Assembly: GCF_014280175.1 (NCBI RefSeq)
Contig: NZ_CP047931.1
Span: 30,001 to 62,000 of the forward strand
Origin: Synechococcus sp. A15-28
GTDB lineage: Bacteria; Cyanobacteriota; Cyanobacteriia; PCC-6307; Cyanobiaceae
Length of the DNA stretch: 32,000 nucleotides
Direction of reading: 5' to 3'
Part shown: one piece after another, positions 18,182 to 27,640 of the stretch
Layout: every line of letters starts with the position of its first letter
Numbering within the stretch: position 1 is the first letter of the stretch
Notes under the pieces: model-generated
Told to the model about the DNA's origin: nothing
The model's database searches: none
The model's input: the letters and a program-made list of their open reading frames with translations, nothing else
Made by a program: the position numbers and the translations under genes

Positions 18182-19327
18182 TCAGGCGGCTGCGCTGAGC
18201 TCCCGTTCCAGGACCTGCCGGTAGTAGCCGCGAAGTTGCTCGGTGGCCCCGGCCCAGCCCCAGCGTTCCGCTTCCGAACGGGCGGCGCTGCGCAGACTCT
18301 GGCGCTCGGCGGCGTTGCCCAGCAAGCGTTGGGTGGCTTCGATCAGGCTGGCGGCACCGCCATCTCTGCCATCGGGTTCATAGAGGCAGCCATTGATGCC
18401 GTCGGTGATGATGTCTGGGATTCCCCCACGGTTGGCGCCCACCACAGGGCAGCCTGCGGCCATGGCCTCCAGCAGCACCAGGCCGAGGGTTTCCGTGCTG
18501 GAGGGGAAGAGGAAGGCATCACCGCTGGCGTAGGCACCGGCCAGTTCCTCGCCGGCCAGGTAACCCACAAAGGTGGTGGCGGTGCCCTCGAAATGTTTTT
18601 CCAGTTGCTGGCGATGCGGACCGTCGCCCACCAGGGCGAGCCGTGCATCGGGCAGGGCTTCCAGCACCGGCTTGATGCGCTCGATCTGTTTTTCAGCGGA
18701 GAGACGGCCGACGTAGAGCAGCAGGGCGCCGCGGTCGTCATGGTCCCCCAATAGCCGCTCCCGCATGGTGTCGGAGCGCAGCTCAGGGCGGAACAGCTCC
18801 GTGTCAACGCCCCGTTGCCAGAGGTCGGTGTTCTGAATGCCCTTGTCGCTTAGTTCCTGCACCATGGCGGTGGAGGTGCAGAGGTTGAGCAGCGCCTGGT
18901 TGTGGGCCGCTTTGAGCAACTCCCACAGCAGCGGTTCGAGCATGCCCATGCCGTAGTGCTCGAGGTACTTGGGCAAGTGCGTGTGGTAACTGGCGATCAG
19001 CGGAATCGACTTGTTCTTCGCCAGCCAGATGCCCCCCAGACCGAGTACGGCGGGGTTGACGACGTGGATCAGGTCCGGCTGAAAGCTGTCGATCGCGTCG
19101 GAGACGGCCGGGCGAGGTAAAGCGAGCTTCAGCTCCGGATAGAGGGGGAGGGGCATTGCAGGCACGCCGATCAGCCGGGCGCCCATGTACTCCTCCGGAC
19201 AACCCTCCGGACAGAAGACGATCACCTCATCACCAGCTTCCACCAGATGCCTCACGGTTTTGGTGAGGCGGGTGACGATGCCATCCACCTTCGGCAGGAA
19301 GGTTTCGGTGAAGAAGGCGATTTTCAC
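18182..19327 (-). CDS. sqdX: Glycosyltransferase family 4, sulfoquinovosyltransferase
   Basis: MKIAFFTETFLPKVDGIVTRLTKTVRHLVEAGDEVIVFCPE, GVDTELFRPE, FPSSTETLGLVLLEAMAAGCPVVGANRGGIPDII. Lies directly downstream of sqdB. Confidence 0.92.
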   Translation of the reverse strand: MKIAFFTETFLPKVDGIVTRLTKTVRHLVEAGDEVIVFCPEGCPEEYMGARLIGVPAMPLPLYPELKLALPRPAVSDAIDSFQPDLIHVVNPAVLGLGGIWLAKNKSIPLIASYHTHLPKYLEHYGMGMLEPLLWELLKAAHNQALLNLCTSTAMVQELSDKGIQNTDLWQRGVDTELFRPELRSDTMRERLLGDHDDRGALLLYVGRLSAEKQIERIKPVLEALPDARLALVGDGPHRQQLEKHFEGTATTFVGYLAGEELAGAYASGDAFLFPSSTETLGLVLLEAMAAGCPVVGANRGGIPDIITDGINGCLYEPDGRDGGAASLIEATQRLLGNAAERQSLRSAARSEAERWGWAGATEQLRGYYRQVLERELSAAA

Positions 19328-19340
19328 GGGGTGAACCGGA

Positions 19341-20537
19341 TCAGGAGGCGGTACCGATGGCTTGCGCCTGGGTCTTGGTCCAGGCGGAGGTGCAGAGGAT
19401 GCGGTTGCGGTCGCAGCGGTCGGCGTAGCGGGTGGCGATTTCCACCACTTCCTTCAGCAGTCCGTCATCGAGGGTGGTGGGGTTGAGGCCGAGCTCGATG
19501 AAGCAGCGGTTGTCGACGATCAGATCGTTTTCGACGGCCTCGTTGCGGGGGTTGGGCAGGTTGTTCACCTGAGCACCGGTGAGAGCGGCCACCTTCTTGG
19601 CCAGTTCACCCACCTGATGGCTTTCCGTCATCTGGTTGAAGATTTTGACCCGTTCGCCCTGGGTGGGCGGGTTCTCCAGAGCCAGCTGGACGCAGCGCAC
19701 TGAGTCGCGGATGTGGATGAAGGCACGGGTCTGGCCACCGGTGCCATGCACGGTGAGCGGATAGCCGATGGCGGCCTGCATCAGGAAGCGGTTGAGCACC
19801 GTGCCGTAGTCACCGTCGTAATCGAAGCGGTTGGTCAGGCGCGGGTCGCGGTCGGTGGCGTCGGTGTTGGTGCCCCAGACGATGCCCTGGTGCAGATCCG
19901 TGATCCGGACCTTGTCGTTCTTGTTGTAGTAAAGGAAGAGCAGCTGATCCAGCGTCTTGGTCATGTGATAGACGCTGCCCGGACTGGCTGGATGGAGGAT
20001 CTCCTCCTCGAAGCGGCTGCCATCCGGCTGGGGCACCTCCACCTTGAGATAACCCTCGGGAATCGTGGCGCCGCGGTGGGAGCCGTAGCCATAGACGCCC
20101 ATGGTGCCCAGATGCACCACATGGATGTCCAAGCCGCTTTCCACGATGGCGGCCATCAGATTGTGGGTTCCGTTGACGTTGTTATCGACGGTGTAGCGCT
20201 TGGTGGCGCTGCTCTTCATCGAATAGGGAGCAGCACGCTGTTCGGCGAAATGAACGACCGAATCCGGCTTCTCCTCAAGCAGGAGATCCAGCAGCCGCTG
20301 ATATTCGTGAGCGATATCCATGTGCAGGAAGCGCATCGGCTTGCCGCCGATCTCTTCCCAGGCCTTGAGGCGCTCGCCGATGCTGACGATCGGCGTCAGC
20401 GACTCCACCTCCAAGTCGATGTCGATCTTGCGGCGACTGAGGTTGTCAACGATCAGCACCTCATGGCCCTGATCCGCCAGGTTCACCGCACAGGGCCAGC
20501 CGCAGAAGCCGTCACCGCCGAGAACGAGAACTTTCAC
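19341..20537 (-). CDS. sqdB: UDP-sulfoquinovose synthase
   Basis: MKVLVLGGDGFCGWPCAVNLADQGHEVLIVDNLSRRKID, VVHFAEQRAAPYSMKSS, QGIVWGTNTDAT and DYDGDYGTVLNRFLMQAAIGYPLTVHGTGGQTRAFIHI match SqdB. Confidence 0.96.
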   Translation of the reverse strand: MKVLVLGGDGFCGWPCAVNLADQGHEVLIVDNLSRRKIDIDLEVESLTPIVSIGERLKAWEEIGGKPMRFLHMDIAHEYQRLLDLLLEEKPDSVVHFAEQRAAPYSMKSSATKRYTVDNNVNGTHNLMAAIVESGLDIHVVHLGTMGVYGYGSHRGATIPEGYLKVEVPQPDGSRFEEEILHPASPGSVYHMTKTLDQLLFLYYNKNDKVRITDLHQGIVWGTNTDATDRDPRLTNRFDYDGDYGTVLNRFLMQAAIGYPLTVHGTGGQTRAFIHIRDSVRCVQLALENPPTQGERVKIFNQMTESHQVGELAKKVAALTGAQVNNLPNPRNEAVENDLIVDNRCFIELGLNPTTLDDGLLKEVVEIATRYADRCDRNRILCTSAWTKTQAQAIGTAS

Positions 20538-20610
20538 CCCAAACTCCTGCTGGAAAGAGCGGAACGCTCATTCCGGGAAAGCTACTACAGGGATTTTCGT
20601 GGGCCCTGGT

Positions 20611-20784
20611 TCAGCTGATGGCAGCGGTCACCGCCATCAGGCCCGCCACGAGCACAATTCCACCGAGCATCATCATCAAGGAGCTGCGGCCGCGGCTGCG
20701 GCTGGTCTCCAGGTCCATCACCTCCATGCGGGGTTCCTTGGCGAAGGCGTTGAGGCGTCCGCCGTCTTCCGTGGTGACCTGCAT
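20611..20784 (-). CDS. 57-aa single-TM protein resembling Psb34 / ssl1498-family light-harvesting-like protein
   Basis: Manual translation MQVTTEDGGRLNAFAKEPRMEVMDLETSRSRGRSSLMMMLGGIVLVAGLMAVTAAIS*. It has the N-terminal EDGGRLNAFAKEP signature and one TM helix. Not in the provided ORF track (too short). Confidence 0.72.
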   Translation of the reverse strand: MQVTTEDGGRLNAFAKEPRMEVMDLETSRSRGRSSLMMMLGGIVLVAGLMAVTAAIS

Positions 20785-20861
20785 GAGCCAGATGCGACTG
20801 GATGGACGTTATGAGTCCAATTGCTTATCGACCGTCAATGTGTCGCAGGCTTCATTTCACT

Positions 20862-21704
20862 TCATCTCTCTTCACTGAATCCGCCGGTCACAAGGCCGGC
20901 CTTGGGGGAGCTGGCGGAGGCCTCGTCGCGGCGGGGCAGGCGGCCAGAGCGATAGGCCGTGCGTCCTGCGATCACGGCCTGGCCCATGGCCTCGGCCATG
21001 GCGGCAGGGTCGCCAGCCATGGCGATGGCGCTGTTCACCAGCACGGCGTCGGCGCCCATCTCAAGGGCCTGCGCTGCCTCGCTGGGCACACCGATGCCGG
21101 CGTCCACCACCACGGGAACTGTGGCGTTCTCCACGATCAAAGCGATGTTGGCGGCGTTGTTCAGCCCCTGACCTGAGCCGATGGGCGAGCCGAGGGGCAT
21201 CACCGTCGCGCAGCCAGCGTCTTCCAGGTGTTTTGCCAGCAACGGATCGGCGTTGATGTATGGCAGCACGGTGAAGCCCTCCTTCACCAGTTGTTTGGCC
21301 GCCTGCAGGGTGCCGATCGGATCCGGCAGCAGATGCCGGCTGTCGGGGATCACCTCCAGCTTCACAAAGGTGTTGTCCTCCTGGCCGGCCAGCTTCGCCA
21401 GTTCACGGCCAAGCCTGGCCACCCGCACCGCCTCTTCGGCGTTGGTGCAGCCCGCGGTGTTGGGAAGCATCCAGATGCGTGTCCAGTCGATGGCCTCCAT
21501 CAATCCAGCGTGGCCGGCCGCCACGGCCTGCACACGGCGCACGGCGACGGTGACCATGTCGCAGCCCGATCGTTCGATGCTGTGTTGCATCACTTCCATG
21601 GAGGGGTATTTGCCGGTGCCCGTGAACAGACGGCTGTGAAAACGGCGTCCTCCGATGATCAAGTCATCTGCTTGGGCCGGGGAGCTGGGTGGCTTGGGAA
21701 CCAT
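20862..21704 (-). CDS. thiG: Thiazole synthase
   Basis: [114 protein letters not shown]. Confidence 0.95.
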   Translation of the reverse strand: MVPKPPSSPAQADDLIIGGRRFHSRLFTGTGKYPSMEVMQHSIERSGCDMVTVAVRRVQAVAAGHAGLMEAIDWTRIWMLPNTAGCTNAEEAVRVARLGRELAKLAGQEDNTFVKLEVIPDSRHLLPDPIGTLQAAKQLVKEGFTVLPYINADPLLAKHLEDAGCATVMPLGSPIGSGQGLNNAANIALIVENATVPVVVDAGIGVPSEAAQALEMGADAVLVNSAIAMAGDPAAMAEAMGQAVIAGRTAYRSGRLPRRDEASASSPKAGLVTGGFSEER

Positions 21705-21755
21705 GACGCGTCTGAGCAAAAGGGCCTACCGTGCCTCCATCATCCTTCGTGCTTC

Positions 21756-22307
21756 ATGCCTGTCCTGCTCGCCATGGATCTTCCGGTCGGCAGCCAGGTG
21801 CCGTTCCAGAGCAATCCTCAGCTGCCTCTGGACCCAATCCAGCTGGCGATTCCTCTGGAGATCGAGGGCGGCAAGGTTGAGAGTTTTGATCCCGTGGCGC
21901 GGGCCGCAGACCTGGCGTCCTCCCTCCCCCGCACCTGGTGCGGAACGTTCCAGCCTTTCGATGGCAATCCCACCGTGGATGTGACCCTTGAGCTGACGGC
22001 CATCACGGCGATGGGTCAGATGGTGGATTTACGCGGCAGCATGACCATGGGCTCGGTGACCACACCAGTCCAGGGCAACCTTCACGCCAAATCAGACCAG
22101 CTGGATCTGATTCCCCTTGGCGATCCCTTGATCGCTGGTCTTGAACCCGGTGGTCTGTTTCTTGGTCTTCAGGGTTTCAGCCCTAAAGGCTGGCAGTCGC
22201 CTCGATTGATCAACAGCACCGATCCCAGCACCGGTGTCGGTGGCCGCCTTGCTTTGACCAGTAGCTGCCAGGCGGAGAGTGTTGTTCCTGTTCAGCCGCT
22301 CTGGTGA
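21756..22307 (+). CDS. Conserved-looking hypothetical protein
   Basis: 183 aa from ATG 21756 (MPVLLAMDLPVGSQVPFQSNPQLPLDPIQLAIPLEIEGGKVESFDPVARAADLASSLPRTWCGTFQPF...). The upstream part of the track ORF is antisense to thiG. Confidence 0.7.
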   Translation: MPVLLAMDLPVGSQVPFQSNPQLPLDPIQLAIPLEIEGGKVESFDPVARAADLASSLPRTWCGTFQPFDGNPTVDVTLELTAITAMGQMVDLRGSMTMGSVTTPVQGNLHAKSDQLDLIPLGDPLIAGLEPGGLFLGLQGFSPKGWQSPRLINSTDPSTGVGGRLALTSSCQAESVVPVQPLW

Positions 22308-22319
22308 CCGTCGGGTCAA

Positions 22320-22835
22320 TCAGACTCTTTTTTCCAGCTTCTTGACGGCTCGTTTGGCCGTTGAATTGTTGGGTTCGATGGCCAATGTCTGCCGATAGAG
22401 CTTCAAAGCTTCTTCGGTGTTGAGCAGTTTGTCCTGGGCGTATCCCAGGTTGTTCAGGGCGACGGGGTAATCCGGCTTCGCTTTCAAAGCGAGCTTGTAA
22501 TGCTTGCTGGCACCCTCGTAATCCTTCTGGGCAGCCAGTGCAAAACCGAGGGCGTTTTCGATCACAGCCCGTGCCTCGTCCGGCTCATCCCCCAGACGCT
22601 TCAGGGCCTGCTTGAGCGTTGCGGTGGCCTGGGGGAACAACCGCTTGCGCAGCTGTACGGAGCCGAGTTCATAGAGATCCGCGGCCTGGCGGGATTTGGC
22701 CGTGCCGGATTGTTCCAGCTGCTGCAGCCGTGTTTCGTCGCGACGAACGCGCAAGAGTTGGCGAGCTACCACGACAGCAGCGATGGCCAGGAGGCCCACC
22801 AGGCCCAGCAGGTAGGTCTGGGGCAGCAGATTCAC
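22320..22835 (-). CDS. Membrane-anchored TPR protein (Ycf37/Pyg7-like, photosystem I assembly candidate)
   Basis: N-terminal TM (TYLLGLVGLLAIAAVVVARQLL), then TPR units (ADLYELGSVQLRKRLFPQATATLKQALKRLG; ALGFALAAQKDYEGASKHYKLALKAKPDYPVALNNLGYAQDKLLNTEEALKLYRQTLAIEPNN). The Ycf37 assignment rests on architecture only. Confidence 0.75.
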   Translation of the reverse strand: MNLLPQTYLLGLVGLLAIAAVVVARQLLRVRRDETRLQQLEQSGTAKSRQAADLYELGSVQLRKRLFPQATATLKQALKRLGDEPDEARAVIENALGFALAAQKDYEGASKHYKLALKAKPDYPVALNNLGYAQDKLLNTEEALKLYRQTLAIEPNNSTAKRAVKKLEKRV

Positions 22836-22844
22836 AGCGGCAGA

Positions 22845-23192
22845 TCAGCCTTTGGCGGTGGAGACCACGTTGCTGAAGCTGCCGGGATCCACCACAGCGA
22901 GCTGGGCCAGCATCTTGCGATTCAGGCGAACATCGGCCTTCTTGAGGCCACCCATCAGACGGCTGTAGCTCACACCGTTGATGCGGGCTGCGGCGTTGAT
23001 GCGGGCAATCCAGAGGCGACGGAAATCGCGCTTGCGACGACGACGGTCGCGATAGGCGTTGCACAACGCCTTCATCACCCGCTGGTTGGCGGTGCGGAAC
23101 TGAGTGCCATTGCCACCGCGGAAGCCACGGGCCAGCCGCAGGATTTTGTTGCGGCGCTTACGGGCGACGTTGCCTCTCTTGACGCGAGCCAT
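22845..23192 (-). CDS. rplT: 50S ribosomal protein L20
   Basis: [26 protein letters not shown]...[45 protein letters not shown]. Confidence 0.98.
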   Translation of the reverse strand: MARVKRGNVARKRRNKILRLARGFRGGNGTQFRTANQRVMKALCNAYRDRRRRKRDFRRLWIARINAAARINGVSYSRLMGGLKKADVRLNRKMLAQLAVVDPGSFSNVVSTAKG

Positions 23193-23232
23193 GACGTTGG
23201 AAGGGTGGGATCAGATCGGGATGGAAGGGCGC

Positions 23233-23430
23233 TCAGGAGTAAGGAAGCATGCGCACCACGCGCAGCTCGTCGGTCTCGTGAACCACTGCCTTGGTGGCGA
23301 GGTGACGCTTCTGCTTGGGGGTCTTGTGGTCCAGCAGATGGTTGCGGAACGCACGGCGACGGGTGAATTTGCCGGTGCCTGTTGCCTTGAACCGCTTGGC
23401 GGCAGCTTTGCGGGTCTTCAGCTTGGGCAT
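23233..23430 (-). CDS. rpmI: 50S ribosomal protein L35
   Basis: [65 protein letters not shown] (65 aa, internal ATG of the track ORF). Confidence 0.97.
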   Translation of the reverse strand: MPKLKTRKAAAKRFKATGTGKFTRRRAFRNHLLDHKTPKQKRHLATKAVVHETDELRVVRMLPYS

Positions 23431-23487
23431 TGCTCTGCTCGTCCGGGCACAAACGACAAGAATACGCCCTGATGTGCCCCTCTCGTC

Positions 23488-25035
23488 ATGATCCGGATGC
23501 TGGCCCTGTCGGTGCTGCTGTGGGTGGCGTCGGGCTGTCGCGCTCAGGACAGCCCGCCTCCCCTTGCATCCGAGCGTTCTGAGAGTATCCAAGAGATGCT
23601 CACCCATCCTTCGGTGGCGCCGCCGCCGGCCGTGACGGGGCAGCAACCGGTGCTGTGGGTGTCGCTGGGGGCTCACCTGGGCGGACGCGGTGAAGCGTCG
23701 CCACTCACGTTGACGGCAGCGTCCGGCAACCTCAGCCTGAAGGATCGTTCCGGGCGGCAATGGTCGGCAGCGTCTATGCAGATCAGCTGGCGGTCTGTGC
23801 CGTTGGTGACGCCGCTGGCGTTGGCTCGCCAGGTGGCTGGTCCCTTCGCCAGCTTCGAATCAGCGGAGCGGGTGGCGTTGCGTTGGCGGGCCCTCGGCGT
23901 CGCCGCCGAAGTGGCTCATCCGGCTGATTGGGAGGTCTGGGCGCCGGCGGGGGCTGCGGTTCCGGTGGATCTCACGGTGCGGGACTGGACGACCCGATGG
24001 GACAGCAGCGTGGAGCCGCTGCTGCAGCTGCCGGATGGGGGGCAGACCCTGAAGGGCCCCCTGGAGATCGATGCGCCCGGAGGATTGCAATGGGAAAAAG
24101 GGGTGTTTCAGGGCCCGTTCCGTTTGCAGCGGGATGCCTACGGCAGCTGGACCCTCGTGGAACAGGTGCCCTTGGAGCGTTATCTCGAGGGCGTGGTGCC
24201 CCATGAGATCGGTGCGGGTTCTCCGTCGGCGGCATTGGAGGCCCAGACGGTGCTGGCGCGCACCTGGGCCCTGGCCAACAGTCACCGTTTCCGGATTGAC
24301 GGTTACCACCTCTGCAGCGACACCCAGTGCCAGGTGTACAGCGATCCGCGTCAGGCGGGATCAGCTGTGCGGCAGGCGATTGCGGCAACCCAGGGGCGAC
24401 TGCTCAGCTGGCAGGGAAAGCCGATCAGCGCTGTGTATCACGCCAGTAATGGTGGTGTGATGGCTGCAGGACCTGAGGCCTGGGCGATGGATGCTCAGCC
24501 TTACCTGAGGGCGGAGGCGGATGGTGATGCCGTCTGGCGGCAGCGCCACGGTTTGCCCTTGGATCAGCGCTCTGCGGTGGCCAGCCTGCTGGCGCAACGG
24601 GAGGGGGCCTACGGCAGTGCCCATCCACGTTTTCGTTGGACGCGAACGTTGACGGCAAGCGGAATCCGCCAGGCCCTCGGTGCATCTGCTGACGGATTGA
24701 AGGGCCCATTGCAGTTGGACGTTCTGGAGCGGGGCCGCAGTGGTCGGGTGCTGGCCCTGCAGCTGTCCGGAACGGAGGGTGGCGCCCCGGTGGTGTTGAA
24801 GCTCGACCGTATCCGCCGCACGATTCGGCGCTTGCCCAGCACCCTGTTCGTGATCGAACCTCAGGGGGATCAGCGCTGGATGGTGCGTGGTGGTGGCTTC
24901 GGCCACGGCGCCGGGTTGTCCCAGGCTGGTGCGATTGATCTGGCCTGGCGGGGTTGGTCCACTGAGCGGATCCTGGCCCACTACTACCCAGGGACTGTCT
25001 ATGGCCCGCTGCTTCCACCGCTGGAGTCCCCTTAG
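23488..25035 (+). CDS. SpoIID/LytB-domain lipoprotein (amidase-enhancer-like)
   Basis: Signal/lipobox [17 protein letters not shown]. SpoIID features [42 protein letters not shown] and [46 protein letters not shown]...[22 protein letters not shown]. Confidence 0.88.
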   Translation: MIRMLALSVLLWVASGCRAQDSPPPLASERSESIQEMLTHPSVAPPPAVTGQQPVLWVSLGAHLGGRGEASPLTLTAASGNLSLKDRSGRQWSAASMQISWRSVPLVTPLALARQVAGPFASFESAERVALRWRALGVAAEVAHPADWEVWAPAGAAVPVDLTVRDWTTRWDSSVEPLLQLPDGGQTLKGPLEIDAPGGLQWEKGVFQGPFRLQRDAYGSWTLVEQVPLERYLEGVVPHEIGAGSPSAALEAQTVLARTWALANSHRFRIDGYHLCSDTQCQVYSDPRQAGSAVRQAIAATQGRLLSWQGKPISAVYHASNGGVMAAGPEAWAMDAQPYLRAEADGDAVWRQRHGLPLDQRSAVASLLAQREGAYGSAHPRFRWTRTLTASGIRQALGASADGLKGPLQLDVLERGRSGRVLALQLSGTEGGAPVVLKLDRIRRTIRRLPSTLFVIEPQGDQRWMVRGGGFGHGAGLSQAGAIDLAWRGWSTERILAHYYPGTVYGPLLPPLESP

Positions 25036-25058
25036 AGTCCTGCCACCTAAGTGGTTGC

Positions 25059-26378
25059 ATGGCGTCCACCCCTGGATCTGGTGATCACCGCAGGGTGAAG
25101 TCGGCAGCCTTTCTGTTCGCCTGCGGATGTGCTGGGGCAGCACCCCACTGGTTGGATCCGGTGCGATCGCTGTGGCCGGCCATCAGCCTGGCGATGGTGC
25201 TCGGTGGATATGGGTTGCGGACAGTCCTGCGCGCTGATCTGAAGCGAGGAGATGCAGCAGAGGCTGTTGAGCTGGATCGTGAGTCTTTGCCCAGCCTGGA
25301 TGTGGTGGTAGCGGCGCGCGATGAGGAGGGGGTGGTCACGCGCCTGGTCGAGCGTTTGACGGCACTGCGCTACCCATCTGATCGCCTCACCACCTGGGTG
25401 ATTGATGACGGCAGCCTGGATCGGACTCCTCAGTTGTTGGATCAACTGGCGCAACGCCATCCGGGCTTGAACGTGATTCACCGCCCGCGCAATGCCGGCG
25501 GTGGTAAATCCGGTGCGTTGAACACGGCGTTGGCTCAGCTGAGCGGCGACTGGTTGCTGGTGCTCGATGCCGATGCCCAGCTGCAGGAGGATTTATTGGA
25601 GCGTCTGGTGCCCTATGCCCTCGATGGCGGCTGGTCGGCGGTGCAGTTGCGCAAGGCGGTGATTGATGCCGATTCCAACTGGTTGACGCGGTCGCAGGCG
25701 ATGGAGATGGCCCTGGATGCCGTGGTTCAGACCGGACGTCTGGCGTCCGGTGGCATCGCTGAACTGCGGGGCAATGGCCAGCTGATTCGCCGTTCGGTGC
25801 TGGAGGAAAGCGGCGGCTTCAACGAAGACACGGTGACGGATGACCTCGATCTGAGCTTCCGACTGTTGACCCATGGCGCCCTGGTGGGAATGCTCTGGGA
25901 TCCGCCTGTGCAGGAAGAGGCGGTACCTGGGCTTCAGGCTCTTTGGAAGCAGCGGCAGCGCTGGGCTGAAGGTGGCTTGCAGCGCTTCTTTGATTACTGG
26001 CCGACGCTGACGTCAGCCCAGCTGACGCTGCGGCAGCGCTGGGATCTGGCTTGCTTCTTCCTTTTGCAGTACTGCCTGCCGGTGCTGTCGTTTGCCGACC
26101 TGAGCACGAGTGTGATTAGCCGCACCGTGCCGACGTATTGGCCACTGTCCTTCGTGGCGTTCGGTGTGTCGGGTCTGGCCTATTGGCGCGGTTGTCGTGG
26201 ACGCAACGAAGGGCCATTGATTCCGAGGCCTGGGATCTGGCATCTCCTGGTGGCGATGGTCTATCTGAGCCACTGGTTTGTGGTGATTCCGTGGGTGACG
26301 CTGCGGATGGCGTTGTTGCCCAAGCGTTTGGTTTGGGCCAAAACCGCCCACGGACAGGACTACCCGGTTCAGGTCTGA
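25059..26378 (+). CDS. Processive glycosyltransferase family 2, membrane-bound
   Basis: VVVAARDEEGVVTRLVERLTAL, VIDDGSLDRT, VLDADAQ, EDTVTDDLDLSFRL and QRQRW (Q/RxxRW processive motif), with flanking TM segments. Confidence 0.88.
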   Translation: MASTPGSGDHRRVKSAAFLFACGCAGAAPHWLDPVRSLWPAISLAMVLGGYGLRTVLRADLKRGDAAEAVELDRESLPSLDVVVAARDEEGVVTRLVERLTALRYPSDRLTTWVIDDGSLDRTPQLLDQLAQRHPGLNVIHRPRNAGGGKSGALNTALAQLSGDWLLVLDADAQLQEDLLERLVPYALDGGWSAVQLRKAVIDADSNWLTRSQAMEMALDAVVQTGRLASGGIAELRGNGQLIRRSVLEESGGFNEDTVTDDLDLSFRLLTHGALVGMLWDPPVQEEAVPGLQALWKQRQRWAEGGLQRFFDYWPTLTSAQLTLRQRWDLACFFLLQYCLPVLSFADLSTSVISRTVPTYWPLSFVAFGVSGLAYWRGCRGRNEGPLIPRPGIWHLLVAMVYLSHWFVVIPWVTLRMALLPKRLVWAKTAHGQDYPVQV

Positions 26379-26380
26379 CG

Positions 26381-27625
26381 GTGTCCCCTTTTTCATTGTT
26401 CGATCAGGCTGAGGATCGCTTTGAGGATTTGGTTTGGGGCCAGGTTCTCGTGACACCTTTTGAGATTGGGGCTTGGGCGTTGCTGGAGCCGATGGGCGAA
26501 CAAAACCATGCGCCCCAGTTGTGTTGGATCCGGCCCGATCTGTTGGGTTGTGTCTGGATGGCAGGCAGCGGAGAAGGCACCGCTGGGATGTCGGTGTGCC
26601 TATCGCTATTGGCAGCCGAAGGCGGACATTGGTCGGTACCGCAGCGGATTTCCCGAGATCAGGAGCGGTCGGAGCAGAACCCCTTGCTGTTCGTCTCTGA
26701 CGGTTGTTTGAACCTGATTCATTCGGCCCAATTGGTGCGCGACCCAGAGCAGCGTGCTGCTGTCGACGTATCCAGCAGCTTTTCCATGCAGTGGACAGCT
26801 GTCCTCCGGCATCAGCGGCTGGCGCTGGACTGCCTCGACCCTTCCGATCCTGAGACCTGGTCGGCCGAGGCATGGTCGAATCCCGTTGACCTGTTTGACG
26901 ATCCCGCCTTCTGCCGAAATCCCCCCTATCCCCTGGCGAACGGCCACTGGTTGTTGCCGATCTACCGCAGCCTGGAAGCGGGCGGAGCCTTTGGTCATGA
27001 CCACAGCGAGATGGTGCGTTTGGATCCGTCAGGTCATTGCCTTGACCAGCACATCGGCATTCCAGACAGCACCGGCAGGGTGCATGGTTCAATCGTTGCC
27101 TCACGGGATGGCACCCGACTGCTTCAGTTCTTTCGCAGTCGCCTCGCGGATCAGATCTACCGAAGTAACAGTTCGGATGACGGCTACACCTGGTCTGTTC
27201 CAGAGCCCACTTCGCTGCCCAACAACAACAGCTCCATCCAGGCCTGCCGCTTAGCGAGTGGGCGATTGGCGATGATTTTCAACCGCTTTGGCTTTGCGCC
27301 GGATCCGGCCACGTCGGAGGAGCAACTGGAGTGGGGGGAGGCCCGTTGGCCGCGAACCCGATGGCCGTTGTCGATCGCCATCAGCGATGACGATGGACTG
27401 CATTGGCCATGGATTCGCGACATTGATACCGGTTTCGGCTTCTGTGGGCCGATGAATTGGGACCTCAATGGGCAACTGGCCTACCCAACCCTGATCGAGG
27501 GGCAGCCCGGTGAGCTGCATGTGGCTTACTCCTGGGCGGGCCGGCAAGCTATTCGCTACTCCGCTCTGCGGGAACTGGAGGTTATCGGGTACGACCCTGA
27601 CGTCTCAGCCTTTGGTGCGTACTGA
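26381..27625 (+). CDS. Sialidase-like / BNR-repeat family protein (predicted glycoside hydrolase fold)
   Basis: About 414 aa from GTG 26381 with Asp-box-like stretches SNSSDDGYTWSVPEP and ISDDDGLHWPWIRDI, plus NPPYPLANGHWLLPIYRS and AYSWAGRQAIRYSAL. The region upstream of 26381 in the track ORF overlaps the GT2 gene in another frame. Confidence 0.75.
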   Translation: MSPFSLFDQAEDRFEDLVWGQVLVTPFEIGAWALLEPMGEQNHAPQLCWIRPDLLGCVWMAGSGEGTAGMSVCLSLLAAEGGHWSVPQRISRDQERSEQNPLLFVSDGCLNLIHSAQLVRDPEQRAAVDVSSSFSMQWTAVLRHQRLALDCLDPSDPETWSAEAWSNPVDLFDDPAFCRNPPYPLANGHWLLPIYRSLEAGGAFGHDHSEMVRLDPSGHCLDQHIGIPDSTGRVHGSIVASRDGTRLLQFFRSRLADQIYRSNSSDDGYTWSVPEPTSLPNNNSSIQACRLASGRLAMIFNRFGFAPDPATSEEQLEWGEARWPRTRWPLSIAISDDDGLHWPWIRDIDTGFGFCGPMNWDLNGQLAYPTLIEGQPGELHVAYSWAGRQAIRYSALRELEVIGYDPDVSAFGAY

Positions 27626-27640
27626 CATCGGTTCATTCAA

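Noticed and set aside
19713-20618. 301-aa plus-strand ORF over sqdB
   Set aside because: Antisense to a clear SqdB; no domain motifs.
21228-21755. Upstream half of track ORF 21228..22307
   Set aside because: Antisense to thiG; the plausible protein begins at ATG 21756.
26013-27104. 363-aa minus-strand ORF over GT2 and sialidase-like genes
   Set aside because: Arg/Pro-rich shadow ORF with no motifs; the forward genes are better supported.
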